Assembly (NCBI GenBank): GCA_002269645.1
Contig: NIVC01001758.1
Coordinates: 1-64,000 of the forward strand
Direction of reading: 5' to 3'
From: Macrostomum lignano
Lineage: Eukaryota
Length of the DNA stretch: 64,000 nt
Below the pieces are notes generated by a model that saw nothing but the letters and a program-made list of their open reading frames with translations, ran no database searches and was not told where the DNA came from. A program made the translations under genes and the position numbers. The first letter of the stretch is position 1; each line of letters begins with the position of its first letter. Shown here one piece after another: positions 38,344 through 50,335 of the stretch.

Positions 38344-38888
38344 GTATTAAGCCAAATTACTGATTGTGAATCGCCACACAGGAAGCGCATCACAAAAAGC
38401 TGGAACTTAAAAGCAAAGAGAAGGGTACCTTTCATAATTAACCAGCAACAACCATCTATGGACCATTAAAACTTTGCTAAAAATTGAAACCATGTAATTT
38501 TACCGACTGATTTGAAGCATTTCTGAAACAGATATCGACACAATTTTCTGCTTCAACAAAATAGGGATTACGCGCGTAAAAGAAAAAGAAATGATTTCTG
38601 CTTTAGCTGCAGAGCTTAGCTCGTAGATCAATCAGATTGGAATTTTAAATACCCGCAATTCACTGCACGCCTTTCGTAGGAAATTCGCACTGGATTGACT
38701 CTGCCAGCTCCCCTCACCCTGTGAGATCCGTCAATGGCTGAAGGGCGTCACGCTTTCTCTGCCTGCCTCTTGCTGCTACAAGGAAAAGATATTAATCCCG
38801 GCTGCAGCTTGCCCAGAAAGAATAATCTACAACTCTGCAGAAAAATCCCAAGGAAAATAAGCATTATTCTTTGTTTGGATTAAAAATT

Positions 38889-39400
38889 ATGAAACAAACT
38901 CACGATCGCGGATTTAACTGGGCAATGCTGGCCATCTACGCGTTGGTCAGTGCAGTGGCTGCCCTGACGAATTCCGCATTGATCTGCTCGGCCTGCGCTG
39001 TGCGCCGCGAGGCCCAGACTCCCCTGCTGCCGCTGCTCATCAACTTGGCCGTGTGCGACCTCTTCATCAGTGTGTTTGTGGTGCCGCTGACCGGCCTGAG
39101 GTCTGTGCAGGACCGTTGGCAGCTCGGCGACACTCTCTGCAAGGCGGTGAACTATATCTGCGTCACGGCCGCCTTTGTCTCCGTGTTCACCCTGACTGCC
39201 ATCAGCTTGCAGCACGGCTTCGGCCTGAGAGCCGCTGCAGAGTTGCGCGGCCCAGCGGCTCAGGGCCCCGGCGGCGGTCTGGCGAACTGGCGGCGACACC
39301 GACGCTCCCTGGCCGTCTGCCTGCTGCTGATCTGGGGCCTCGCCTGCGCCTGCGGACTGCCGAGCGCTGTCAACTTCTCAGTGATTCCCTGTCCGATAAG
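38889..39400 (+). CDS. Class A (rhodopsin-like) peptide-receptor-type GPCR, exon 1 (TM1-TM4)
   Basis: TM1 AALTN, TM2 INLAVCDL, ECL1 WQLGDTLCK, TM3 VSVFTLTAISL, TM4 IWGLACACGLP; donor ATAAG|GTGAGC (phase 2). Start codon uncertain because the N-terminus is very short. Confidence 0.88.
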
Positions 39401-39704
39401 GTGAGCACTGTTGGGACTGAGCTCTGGCTCATGGAGAGTGGGATGAGCTGATGTAGCATCGAGGGATTCTGTTCAAATATTGTTGCGAGGGGCACTGAAA
39501 AAGAATAGAAAAAAGCTTGGGAATGAGAAAGAAATCAACTTAATTAAATAGAGTGGATCTGCTGTGTCAGTATGAACGCATGAGCAGGCTTTATAATTAT
39601 AGAAGGCGCTCTGCACTGACTGTCACAGAACTGCACCAGGAATCAACCATGCTCAAGTATTCATTCACTAGATGTCAAATTACATGTTAGCTGCCCCTTG
39701 GAGA

Positions 39705-39960
39705 TCCAGCAGCTCTGAGGTGAACGCGCCGGACTCTCCCGCCACGACCCAGGTTCGAGTCCGTGCTCAAAATCATCATTCATTTGATGCTTGTCATACG
39801 ACTCACAGCCATGAAGGCCAGCCACCAAGGCACAGAGAGTGTACATGCCTGACGATTAGAAAGTCAGAAAAGGCTGCTGTGCACCCCGTGTGAGCGTGTG
39901 CATGAATGCGTGCCTGCATACGGTATTGGCGCGCTTGCATGTGCTCAGAAGTCAGCGGAA
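39705..39960 (+). mobile_element. Candidate tRNA-derived SINE (head plus body, copy B) in the GPCR intron
   Basis: A-box-like CAGCTCTGAGG (39710-39720), B box GGTTCGAGTCC (39752-39762) preceded by GACCCA, followed by a body shared with the copies at 21302 and 49981. Confidence 0.45.
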
Positions 39961-40449
39961 CCAAATTTGAAAATGTTTCTGAACAAACTGCACCTCGAGC
40001 TAATGGCGGTAACGTGAGCCGGCCTTTAGAATGGGCTCGACTGTTGTTGAGTATTTCTGGCACTGATCTGCACTTGAAAGCCAAAGGCGGCAGCTCAGCA
40101 GAGCTCTCGGAGAGCAGCCCATCCTCCCTGTGGCGACACATTTTTTAGATTTTGTTCGTTGCGTTCATTCGTTTCATTCAATATATGCTTGGTCAGGCTT
40201 GTAAGTTCAAGGCTTGCATCTTCATATTGTATTCAGCCGAAGCCTTATTAGCATTCAAACATTCGTTACATTGAATGAATAAGTTCGCCAACCTGCAAGT
40301 CATCATCTCTCAGGCAATGCGGACCGAGCGCTATGGACACTGCATTATTAGCTGGCAAGACTAGTCAGAGACAGCTGGAGAAGAGAGGTAATTAAGCATC
40401 AGCTTAAAAGTAGGCAAAGTATCAGATAAGCAACCATGAATTTGGCTAT

Positions 40450-41126
<677 letters not shown>

Positions 41127-41158
41127 GGCCATGCCTAATCCTCCCCGCCCAGCTTCAG

Positions 41159-41834
41159 ACCTAACGCTACGGAAGCCGATTTGTCCTGCTCGCTGTGCAT
41201 AGAGAACTGGAACAGGAGCCTGAGCCTGCTGGGCCTGCAGCTCAGCCAGCACAGCGAGTTGACCGCCCGCCTCTGCTACACTTTGACCTCTCTGGCCCTG
41301 CTGTTCGCGCTGCCAGCGGTTGTGATCACGGTGGCCCACTGCCGAATCTACCAGCTTCTGTCCGCCTCTCTGCAACACCGAGGCGAACAGATCGACTTGC
41401 TGAGCCATCAAGAGGCCGTCGCTGCCGCCGCAGCTGCCGAAGCTGGCAGCGCGCGCGTCAACCGGGCCAAGCGAATCTACCGCCTGTCCATCGGTTTGGT
41501 GGCAGTTTTTGTGGTCTGCTGGGCGCCGATTCACTTTTATAGTCTGACGATTGACGCCATCCTGCGCAGCCTGTCTGAGCCGAATTTCATCCTGGTCAAA
41601 AACCTGTACACCGCCTTCATGTGCCTGGCTCTGTCGAACTCGCTCGCCAATCCCATCTTTCTGTTCTGCACGCACTCGGCCTATCGAAGGGCTCTTCGCC
41701 GAATTTTGCGTCCCTGCCAGCAGCCCGACGCCTCACTGTCGGATGCCAACGAAGGAGCTGCCCCGAGGAGCAGCAACCGGCAGGTGACTGTCGGCGTCAC
41801 TGGATCGTCGACATCCGGGATTGACGAAGCCTGA
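41159..41834 (+). CDS. Class A GPCR, exon 2 (ECL2-TM7-C-tail)
   Basis: Branch-like CCTAAT and acceptor CTTCAG|A in matching phase. Encodes LCIENW, TM5 LFALP, TM6 FVVCWAP, TM7 SNSLANPIFL, helix 8 YRRAL. Spliced product 395 aa with no frameshift. Confidence 0.88.
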
Positions 41835-41889
41835 ACTGAACGGAAGGGTTGGAAAGGTGTGATGAAAATGAGAATTTTGAACGACAAGA

Positions 41890-42255
41890 CTTCTGAGCAC
41901 TTCAGGCTTCTGAGCACTTCATTCAGGCTTCTGAGCACTTCAGGCTTCTGAGCACTTCATTCAGGCTTCTGAGCACTTCAGGCTTCTGAGCACTTCATTC
42001 AGGCTTCTGAGCACTTCAGGCTTCTGAGCACTTCATTCAGGCTTCTGAGCACTTCAGGCTTCTGAGCACTTCAGGCTTCTGAGCACTTCAGGCTTCTGAG
42101 CACTTCAGGCTTCTGAGCACTTCAGGCTTCTGAGCACTTCAGGCTTCTGAGCACTTCAGGCTTCTGAGCACTTCAGGCTTCTGAGCACTTCAGGCTTCTG
42201 AGCACTTCAGGCTTCTGAGCACTTCAGGCTTCTGAGCACTTCATGCTTCTGAGCA
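41890..42255. repeat. 17-bp minisatellite (TTCTGAGCACTTCAGGC) with 22-bp variants
   Basis: Tandem units just downstream of the GPCR stop codon. Confidence 0.95.
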
Positions 42256-42849
42256 ACGCCAAGGCCATAAATATTACTCTGATACTAATCGACATTATTA
42301 TAGTCTGGATGTCTTGAGACTTCACAAAAGTTCCTAATAAAGGATGTGAGTGAGCCGTGACTCGCTACTGTTGTATTTAATTAATATGTCGTTTTAATAA
42401 ATTTTAGTCGCGTTTCTCTGTTGTACTCTCCACAACACCCATTTATCTTGTCATAATGCCTTACCATCTTTAAACATGCAGATTTATCGACGTTAAAAAA
42501 TTGCACAGTTTCAGCTTTTTTCAATGCTTTTCACTATTTTTATGTATTGTTAATTATTATTCACTAATAACTTTTTACTTTTGTCGGGTAATTTCTCTTA
42601 ACTCAATTTTGTAAGTTGCATTATCAACATTTGTTTTACTGTTATACCATTAACTTTATGTTAGATGTTGCTGTTTCGAAATTTACAAATTTAAACACCT
42701 ACTTCGTAAACCCATATTATTTGCTATTCTATCCCTAGTATAGTTTAAGTGTTCAACTGGACTACCATTACATACTACCCTATTACATACTATTCATGTC
42801 CTTGCCATTGAATACTTACTTAGATTTTACATTAAAGGGTAAATAAGAA

Positions 42850-43392
42850 AGTCTAAAGCCTGAAGTCTGAAGCCTGAAGTCTAAAGCCTGAAGTCTGAAG
42901 CCTGAAGTCTGAAGCCTGAAGTCTGAAGCCTGAAGTCTGAAGCCTGAAGTCTGAAGCCTGAAGTCTGAAGCCTGAAGTCTGAAGCCTGAAGTCTGAAGCC
43001 TGAAGTCTGAAGCCTGAAGTCTGAAGCCTGAAGTCTGAAGCCTGAAGTCTGAAGCCTGAAGTCTGAAGCCTGAAGTCTGAAGCCTGAAGTCTGAAGCCTG
43101 AAGTCTGAAGCCTGAAGTCTGAAGCCTGAAGTCTGAAGCCTGAAGTCTGAAGCCTGAAGTCTGAAGCCTGAAGTCTGAAGCCTGAAGTCTGAAGCCTGAA
43201 GTCTGAAGCCTGAAGTCTGAAGCCTGAAGTCTGAAGCCTGAAGTCTGAAGCCTGAAGTCTGAAGCCTGAAGTCTGAAGCCTGAAGTCTGAAGTCTGAAGC
43301 TTGAAGCCTGAAGCCTGAAGTCTGAAGCCTGAAGTCTGAAGCTTGAATTCTGAAGCCTGAAGTCTAAAGCCTGAAGTTCGAAGCCTGAAGTC
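42850..43392. repeat. 14-bp minisatellite (GCCTGAAGTCTGAA), left of the Penelope-like element
   Basis: Tandem units seen directly. Confidence 0.97.
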
Positions 43393-43885
43393 TACATGAA
43401 CAGGCCATTGGTACTAAACTTGAGCAGCTTACGGAAAATATCCTCACTAAAAGGAACGAGTATAGGAGAGTCCTCACAGTAAACGGATCTACAGGCAAGG
43501 TTGATCGCAAAATCAATGGGAACGTTCGTAAACAGCGATTTGACGGCAAAGCTATAATCATAGTCTGGTCATTGGTCAATTTAAAGTTCTTAGTGGCCTT
43601 GATAAAGTCATTAGAAGAAGTAAGCATGTATTTGGATGGAATGACAGGTTTGATTACAGAGTCCAGGTACTTAGCGAGATGATATTCGGCGGTCCCGACC
43701 ATAGAAACTATGGGGCGGATAGGAAAGTCTGGCTTGTGGACCTTACAGGTTCCGTATAGCTGGCCCGCTTGGCTTCCCTTCGGATAAATGCGTTTGTAAA
43801 TTTCAGTGGGGTCAGACTTAAGCAGATGCTTGCGCAGGAAACCCTGGATGCATCGTTCATTTTTAAGCACAGGATGTCCGTCACT
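43393..43885 (-). mobile_element. Penelope-like element RT fragment, inverted and inactivated
   Basis: IYKRIYPKGSQAGQLYGTCKVHKPDFPIRPIVSMVGTAEYHLAKYL is typical PLE RT N-terminus. After a frameshift it reads SFAVKSLFTNVP (motif A, D replaced by A) ... KLLKFSTNGLFM. Confidence 0.88.
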
Positions 43886-44716
43886 TGGTGGTAGAGGGGC
43901 GAGTGTCCATCTTCCATGGTGGAATGTTCTGATAACATTAGTGACGGACGTCCTGTGCTTAAAAATGAACGGTGCATCCAGGGTTTCAAGCTGCTCAAGT
44001 TTAGTACCAATGGCCTGTTCATGTATCGTGAGCACCTCTACTGGCAGAAAGACTGTTGTGCTATGGGTGTGCAGCTCGTGGCTTACGCTGCATAAAGAGC
44101 TGACTCAGATCAAAGAGATCTTCAGATCTAACAACTATCCTGACCAGCTGATTGACGCTGAAATTAAGGAATTCTTGAACAAGAAAATGAACAAGAAAAT
44201 TGACACCATGGAAAATGTTAAGAACGACAGAGACTCCCCTTCCAATATCATTCAAGTGCCATACATCAGGCTGCCTAGCCTTAGGTTTTGCCGTAAAATA
44301 ACGGCCATCTGTCATACATACCCACCTGAACACTAAGGTCTTCCCTGTGTTTTATACTACGAAGGTGTCGCAATACGTGCAAAGACTCAAGTGCAGTGTA
44401 CCGAAAACCTTGCTGAGCTACGCCGGTTTTACATAGGTAAAACTGAAAGGCACCTACACACAAGGGTTAAGGAGCATTGTACAAGAGCTAGCGCTGTGTA
44501 CGACCACCTCCTGATGTGCAACCAATGCGCTAAAGTTAGACATGCGGAGAAATTTGAAATTATCGATCGTAACCGCCAGAGTTTGAAGTTGTCTACTCTT
44601 GAGGCGTTGTACATTAAACAGCTAAAGCTCACCATGAACATCCAACTTGGTGGTAGAGGGGCGAGTGTCCATCTAAGGGTGTTCTGACCCCATGCGCTTG
44701 CCTCTTATTTAGGGCC

Positions 44717-45127
44717 GCTGACGGACTCACTCGAACAGCAAGTCGATGCGGCGCACGCTGGCCTGCTGCGCGCCGCCTTCAACATCGGCGTCGAGCGAGT
44801 CAACAACGCGGCACTCTATCGCCGCGCTGGCCTGCCACGTCCAAGTGATCTGCTGCGCCGCCGGCGACTCCAGCTCGCAGGCCATCTCATCCGCGCCGAG
44901 TCGTACTGCTCACAGCCGGTGCAGGAGGTGCTGCTGCTCACGCTACAGGCACCCTACCGGCGAGGTCAAGCGCGAACTCGGCGTTACGTCGACTGTCTGC
45001 TGGCTGACGCCGGCGCCCCGGACACTCTGCCGGTGGCGCGGCCTTTGTTCGCGCCCAAGCCATGAAGCGCGCCCTATGACGCTGACTTTTGCCATCCTGA
45101 CAGCGTATTTTGTTGTTGTTGTTGTTG
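44717..45127 (+). mobile_element. 5'-truncated RTE-clade non-LTR retrotransposon nested in the PLE 3' region
   Basis: LTDSLEQQVDAAHAGLLRAAFNIGVERVNNAALYRRAGLPRPSDLLRRRRLQLAGHLIR...RRGQARTRRYVD (RTE C-terminal pattern), (TTG)n tail, and flanking TTAGGGCC at 44709-44716 and 45128-45135 (TSD). Confidence 0.82.
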
Positions 45128-45203
45128 TTAGGGCCATCTAACTCTGCTACCCATACTTGCATCATTTTGGCTTACAAGACTTAAAAATTTACCATCTCTC
45201 TGC

Positions 45204-45259
45204 ATCTATATTTTGCCTGAAGATGCCGATTGTTCGGCGAAACATGTCGCGGCGAAGAT
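45204..45259 (+). ncRNA. Minimal type I hammerhead ribozyme (PLE type)
   Basis: Core CTGAAGA (45217-45223); stem II GCCGA-ttgt-TCGGC; GAAA (45239-45242); palindromic ACATGT stem III; GTC cleavage triplet (45246-45248); stem I TTGC/GCGG plus ATCT/AGAT; AATAAA immediately downstream. Confidence 0.8.
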
Positions 45260-45300
45260 TAATAAATTGTAATTTGGTATTATTAAAGAAAAACGTGACG

Positions 45301-45474
45301 CCTGAAGCCTGACGCCTGAAGCCTGAAGTCTGAAATCTGAAGCCTGAAGCCTGAAGTCTGAAGCCTGAAGTCTGAAGCCTGAAGTCTGAAGCCTGAAGTC
45401 TGAAGCCTGAAGTCTGAAGCCTGAAGTCTGAAGCCTGAAGTCTGAAGCCTGAAGCTTGAAGTCTGAAGTCTGAA
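45301..45474. repeat. 14-bp minisatellite (GCCTGAAGTCTGAA), right of the PLE, same orientation as the left block
   Basis: Tandem units seen directly. Confidence 0.95.
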
Positions 45475-46014
45475 GGGACGACTGAACCATAATGAGTATG
45501 ATATTTTTAGTATGAAAGTTCCACTTTTGCACTCGTGTTATTTAACCGGAACCAATTGACTACGCTCGTACTGCTTACTATTTTAATTCGCTAGACATTT
45601 TACTTGCAAACAGTAGGCTGCAACGTATGGGACATGCTTTTTTCAATATATTTAATTTAACAATCTGATAATAAATTTTAAGTCCTGCCAGATTCCGTAA
45701 GATCCAGGCTTGCTGTCAATGGAAATTACCCAACACTGACGTCACTAATTGAAGTTGTTATTTTTAGCAATGGCCTGGCAGTGCACCAGTCAACAAACAG
45801 TCTTTTGAAGTTGAAGTTAAAACACTATAAAATTTAAGAAAATAAAATTGATAAGGGCAGACGCGGCAGACTATGAGAAAAGAAAAGACTTAACAATAAA
45901 GGCGTTCCCTCATCTGTCTGAGCTAAAAATAGCTTTGAACACGAATGACTCATATTTTACTACGGGATATCGAAATTCAAAGACTGCAAACTAGACTGCC
46001 CATTTATCTGCTTC

Positions 46015-46550
46015 TGTGAAGCTTGCAGTCCTGAGATTCGAATCCCGGAAAAGTCCCTGAAGCTTGCAGTCCTGGGATTCGAATCCCGGAAAAGTCCCTG
46101 AAGCTTGCAGTCCTGGGATTCGAATCCCGGAAAAGTCCCTGAAGCTTGCAGTCCTGGGATTCGAATCCCGGAAAAGTCCCTGAAGCTTGCAGTCCTGGGA
46201 TTCGAATCCCGGAAAAGTCCATGAAGCTTGCAGTCCTGGGATTCGAATCCCGGAAAAGTCCCTGAAGCTTGCAGTCCTGGGATTCGAATCCCGGAAAAGT
46301 CCCTGAAGCTTGCAGTCCTGGGATTCGAATCCCGGAAAAGTCCCTGAAGCTTGCAGTCCTGGGATTCGAATCCCGGAAAAGTCCCTGAAGCTTGCAGTCC
46401 TGGGATTCGAATCCCGGAAAAGTCCCTGAAGCTTGCATTCCTGGGATTCGAATCCCGGAAAAGTCCATGAAGCTTGCATTCCTGGGATTCGAATCCCGGA
46501 AAAGTCCCTGAAGCTTGCAGTCCTGGGATTCGAATCCCGGAAAAGTCCCT
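46015..46550. repeat. 41-bp minisatellite (GAAGCTTGCAGTCCTGGGATTCGAATCCCGGAAAAGTCCCT), ~13 copies
   Basis: Tandem units containing the 14-bp palindrome GGGATTCGAATCCC. Confidence 0.97.
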
Positions 46551-46997
46551 AAGTTTGTATTCCCGTAATTAAAATCTGTAGATAGAAAATAGCCATTTTA
46601 GGCCGAACTCGGTAGTTCGTATCAATTTTTTTCGTATATTTTCTTCAGTGCCAGCACTCGTATTTGCTTACGTGGGCGGCAAGGCAATAGCAGAGAGATT
46701 GCATTGCATTTAATTTATTAACCCACAACCCCCAATGCCTTTTAGTTCCACCTCCTGCGTGTTGCCGCACGCTGTGCACACAAAGAGCGGATTGAGGACT
46801 CCTGTTGGCCTCTGTAGCCACCCGCCCCGAAACAGAGCAAATGCGGGAATAGATAAGAATCTTCCCATAATAGGGATGCAAGGCATTTAAGCATTTCTAA
46901 TGTTCAAATTCTGACTCACGAGTCATATTAATTACGGTTTGTTCTTCAAACACATGTACTGGACAATTTCAGCGAGTTTCTCTGAACTGAAGGCTTT

Positions 46998-47652
46998 AGA
47001 GACAGGATTCTCATAGACAGGATTCTCATAGGCAGAGTTCTCATAGACAGGATTCTCATAGGCAGAGTTCTCATAGACAGGATTCTCATAGGCAGAGTTC
47101 TCATAGACAGGATTCTCATAGACAGGATTCTCATAGACAGGATTCTCATAGACAGGATTCTCATAGACAGGATTCTCATAGACAGGGTTCTCATAGACAG
47201 GATTCTCATAGACAGGATTCTCATAGGCAGAGTTCTCATAGACAGGATTCTCATAGACAGGATTCTCAGAGACAGGATTATCATAGACAGGATTCCCATA
47301 GACAGGATTCTCATAGGCAGAGTTCTCATAGACAGGATTCTCATAGACAGGATTCTCAGAGACAGGATTATCATAGACAGGATTCTCATAGACAGGATTC
47401 TCATAGACAGGATTCTCATGGATAGGATTCTCAGAGACAGGATTCTCATAGACGGGATTCTCATAGACAGGATTCTCATAGACAGGATTCTCATAGACAG
47501 GATTCTCATAGATAGGATTCTCAGAGACAGGATTCTCATAGACGGGATTCTCATAGACAGGATTTCCATAGACAGGATTCTCATAGACAGGATTCTCATA
47601 GACAGGATTCTCATAGACAGGATTCTCATAGACAGGATTCTCATAGACAGAT
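46998..47652. repeat. 15-bp minisatellite (GACAGGATTCTCATA)
   Basis: Tandem units seen directly. Confidence 0.97.
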
Positions 47653-48454
47653 TTCTCAGTAATAACAGTTTCTCAATAGATATTCAGATGCCAAATCAGT
47701 TTGACTAACACACACGAGACAAGTATATTTCAGTGCACATTTTTGCATCTGTCTACTATTAATTGCTATAACTGCCCACAGGACCTGCCTATATGCACCT
47801 GACAACTAATTAATTAACTATGCAACCAATGCTATTTCCTACTTAACTAATCTCTCAGAAGTTGCACCGCTGCGATATATCATGGAGCTATAATTAAATC
47901 AAAAAAACTCTGCTGCATGTTATCAATATCTTTTTAGATCTGCATTCTAAATGCTCTTTTATTTTATTGAAAATTTATTTTTCCGTGTATCTAGCAGTCA
48001 CTATCGCACTATAGGTGGGAAGCTACAGAGTATATTGTCACTGAGACCACATGAGCACACTGTTGCTCAAGCCAGCCACATACATTATAGCCGCCATGTT
48101 GTGTTGTCCCAAATCCCAAACCCCAGCATATGTTTGCATGTAGGAACCTGCAGAAGCAACTTGCAACACAAATTGTGCGGTTCTGCTTTTAGCTTAGCCG
48201 TTCTGTTTAGTTGTTAGACTTGCAATACACCTATTGAGCCCTCGATTATGATTTATGGCCACTGCCCGATTGCCCCCCCCCTTTATTGAGCGGCAAAACC
48301 GCCCCGGTCAAGGACGCCTGAAGCTAGGAGTCTGGACAAGAGAACTCTTTTTAGCACTGCTGGAACAGAGTGGCGAGGATTCCGTGACATTTGAGATTTC
48401 TAGGGGAGGTCAAGGTGGTAATCTGCCCCCTCCCGTTGCCACAGGGGACTGTGC

Positions 48455-48880
48455 TTTAGGGCGCTAAAATTAGTGCCTGAGAAGCTAAAATGAGGGCGTG
48501 CGGCGCTAAAATTAGTGCCTGCGGCGCCAAAAAGAGTGCCTGAGAAGCTAAAATGAGTGCCTGAGAAGCTAAAATGAGTGCCTGAGAAGCTAAAATGAGT
48601 GCCTGAGAAGCTAAAATGAGTGCCTGAGAAGCTAAAATGAGTGCCTGAGAAGCTAAAATGAGTGCCTGAGAAGCTAAAATGAGTGCCTGAGAAGCTAAAA
48701 TGAGTGCCTGCGAAGCTAAAATGAGTGCCTGAGAAGCTAAAATGAGTGCCTGAGAAGCTAAAATGAGAGCATGCGGCGCCAAAATGAGTGCTTGCGGCGC
48801 CAAAAAGAGTGCCTGAGAAGCTAAAATGAGTGCCTGCAGCGCTAAAATGAGGGCGTGCGGCGCTAAAATGAGTGCCTGCG
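48455..48880. repeat. 21-bp minisatellite (AAAATGAGTGCCTGAGAAGCT), same family as 26660-26975
   Basis: Shared units, including the GCGGCGCC and GAGAAGCT variants. Confidence 0.95.
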
Positions 48881-49233
48881 GTGCCTCCAGCTGGCAGGCC
48901 GCATCAACCGCGCCGAGCTAATCAAGTCGCACTGCTTGTCTACAAGGAGGTTCCGAAATGAGACTCCCCACTCCCGCAGACTGTCACTCTATCCAGCAAA
49001 CCCCACGCACAAACCAAGTAATTGCCTGGCTAAATTGTTAACCGCTGCAAGCAGATTTTCATTGGTTGTGCAGCTCCGGGAGAAGGGTGGGTGCTTTTGG
49101 GGGTTTTTGAAGCAGAGACGGAGGCAAAAAACCCATATATATGCTTTGATATAATATCAAAAAAGTTGACAAAAAGATCGTGACAGACCCAACGATTAGT
49201 TGATAGAATTTAGCTAGTCAATTTCTAAGAAAC

Positions 49234-49906
49234 ATGTCAATTCGAGCCCTGCTAGCGGTGCTGCTAGCTCTGATAGTATCGGCCGCTGCTGTGAGATCCA
49301 ATGAGCCATATTTGAGCATACAAAAGTTGGCCAGGTACCACTCGGACAGCCTGCTCAGATTTCTCTGCATCGCCGGACCTGACGACAGACTCCCCATCAG
49401 GCTTCACTGTGGGCCCAGCCGCAAGGTCTGCTACGAGAACTGCCAGAAAACTTTGCAGTGCTCAGCAGATCCGCTGTGCTCCGCGTCCACCTGCGAGCGG
49501 CGCGACTGGCCCGATCGGGGCGAGTTCGTCCTGGGATTTTCATTCTTCGGCGACGTCAGCGGCGGCGTCTTCGAGTGTCGGTACATGGGTCTGGTTCGAC
49601 GGTTGGAGGTTGCGTCAGCTGCTGCTGCTGCTAGTAGCAGCTCTTCTGTGACGCCGGAGACTTCCACAGCAACAGCAACGACAACAAAAGCAACAACAAC
49701 AACAGCAACAACAACAACAACAACAATGCTACTAAATACGCTGAAGACAAGCACAGAAACTGCAATGGCCAGTCCAACTTTAACGACTGCTTCTACTAGC
49801 GCGGTTGTTGACGAGGTCCCGAGCTCGAGTCCGCCGATAGAGCCGGACAAGAAGACTATGAACAACAATGATGTTGATGAGCGGTCGTTTCTCACCAAGT
49901 TTAGCT
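49234..49906 (+). CDS. Type I membrane protein, exon 1: signal peptide, 8-Cys Ig-like domain, Thr/Ser-rich stalk
   Basis: MSIRALLAVLLALIVSAAAVRS signal; FLC ... FVLGF...DVSGGVFEC; poly-Thr stalk; donor AGCT|GTGAGT (phase 1). Confidence 0.85.
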
Positions 49907-49980
49907 GTGAGTGACATTCATATGGGGCTTGTGCCACTAAAGTTCACATCACACTCAATTGGGGCCAACCCCTTAGAGGT

Positions 49981-50120
49981 GACAGAGCCTGTACATGCCT
50001 GACGATTCGAAAGCCATCAGGGCCGCTGTACACCCTGTGTGAGCTGCGTGTGCGAGTGCGCGCCTGTCGTACAGTATTTGCACGCTTGCATGTTGCTCAG
50101 GAGTCAGCGGAATGGGCAGC
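49981..50120 (+). repeat. Dispersed repeat, copy C (SINE-like body), in intron 1
   Basis: TGTACATGCCTGACGATT...TACACCCTGTGTGAGCTG...GCTTGCATGTTGCTCAGGAGTCAGCGG. Confidence 0.75.
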
Positions 50121-50335
50121 ATCGGTACTTAGTACCAACTCAATGACCTTTCAGTGACCTTATAGTGTATTGTATACGTGTACTTAAACTACGGTTGACA
50201 AAAATAATTGGATTTTCAAGTTTTTCGTAAGATGGGTGGACAGGGTTCAATTGGCTCTTGGCTGTGATCTCAGCACTCAGTGGCATTTCGGGATGAATAC
50301 ATTGAAATTTTCGCTTTAAAAAATTTCAGTTCCAG

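Larger units (their letters stand above)
43884..45300 (+). mobile_element. Penelope-like element, internally deleted sense copy: RT remnants, thumb, GIY-YIG endonuclease C-terminal half, 3' region with hammerhead
   Basis: Contains LYWQKD..AMG, HKELTQIKEIFRSNNYP, QVPYI, YIGKTERHLHTRVKEH...LEALYIKQLKLTMN; stop at 44687. The YxDD motif and the GIY half are absent. Confidence 0.88.

Noticed and set aside
37659-38435. Mucin-like or RS-like repeat ORFs (VSVTATEAGE, SRRSVSDGNG)
   Set aside because: 30-bp unit open in multiple frames on both strands; no signal peptide or unique domain.
39705-39775. Functional tRNA gene
   Set aside because: A and B boxes are present, but I could not fold a complete acceptor stem and anticodon arm; treated as a SINE-like head.
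43364-44687. Active autonomous Penelope element
   Set aside because: RT motif A Asp is mutated, YxDD and the GIY half are deleted, and frameshifts are present.
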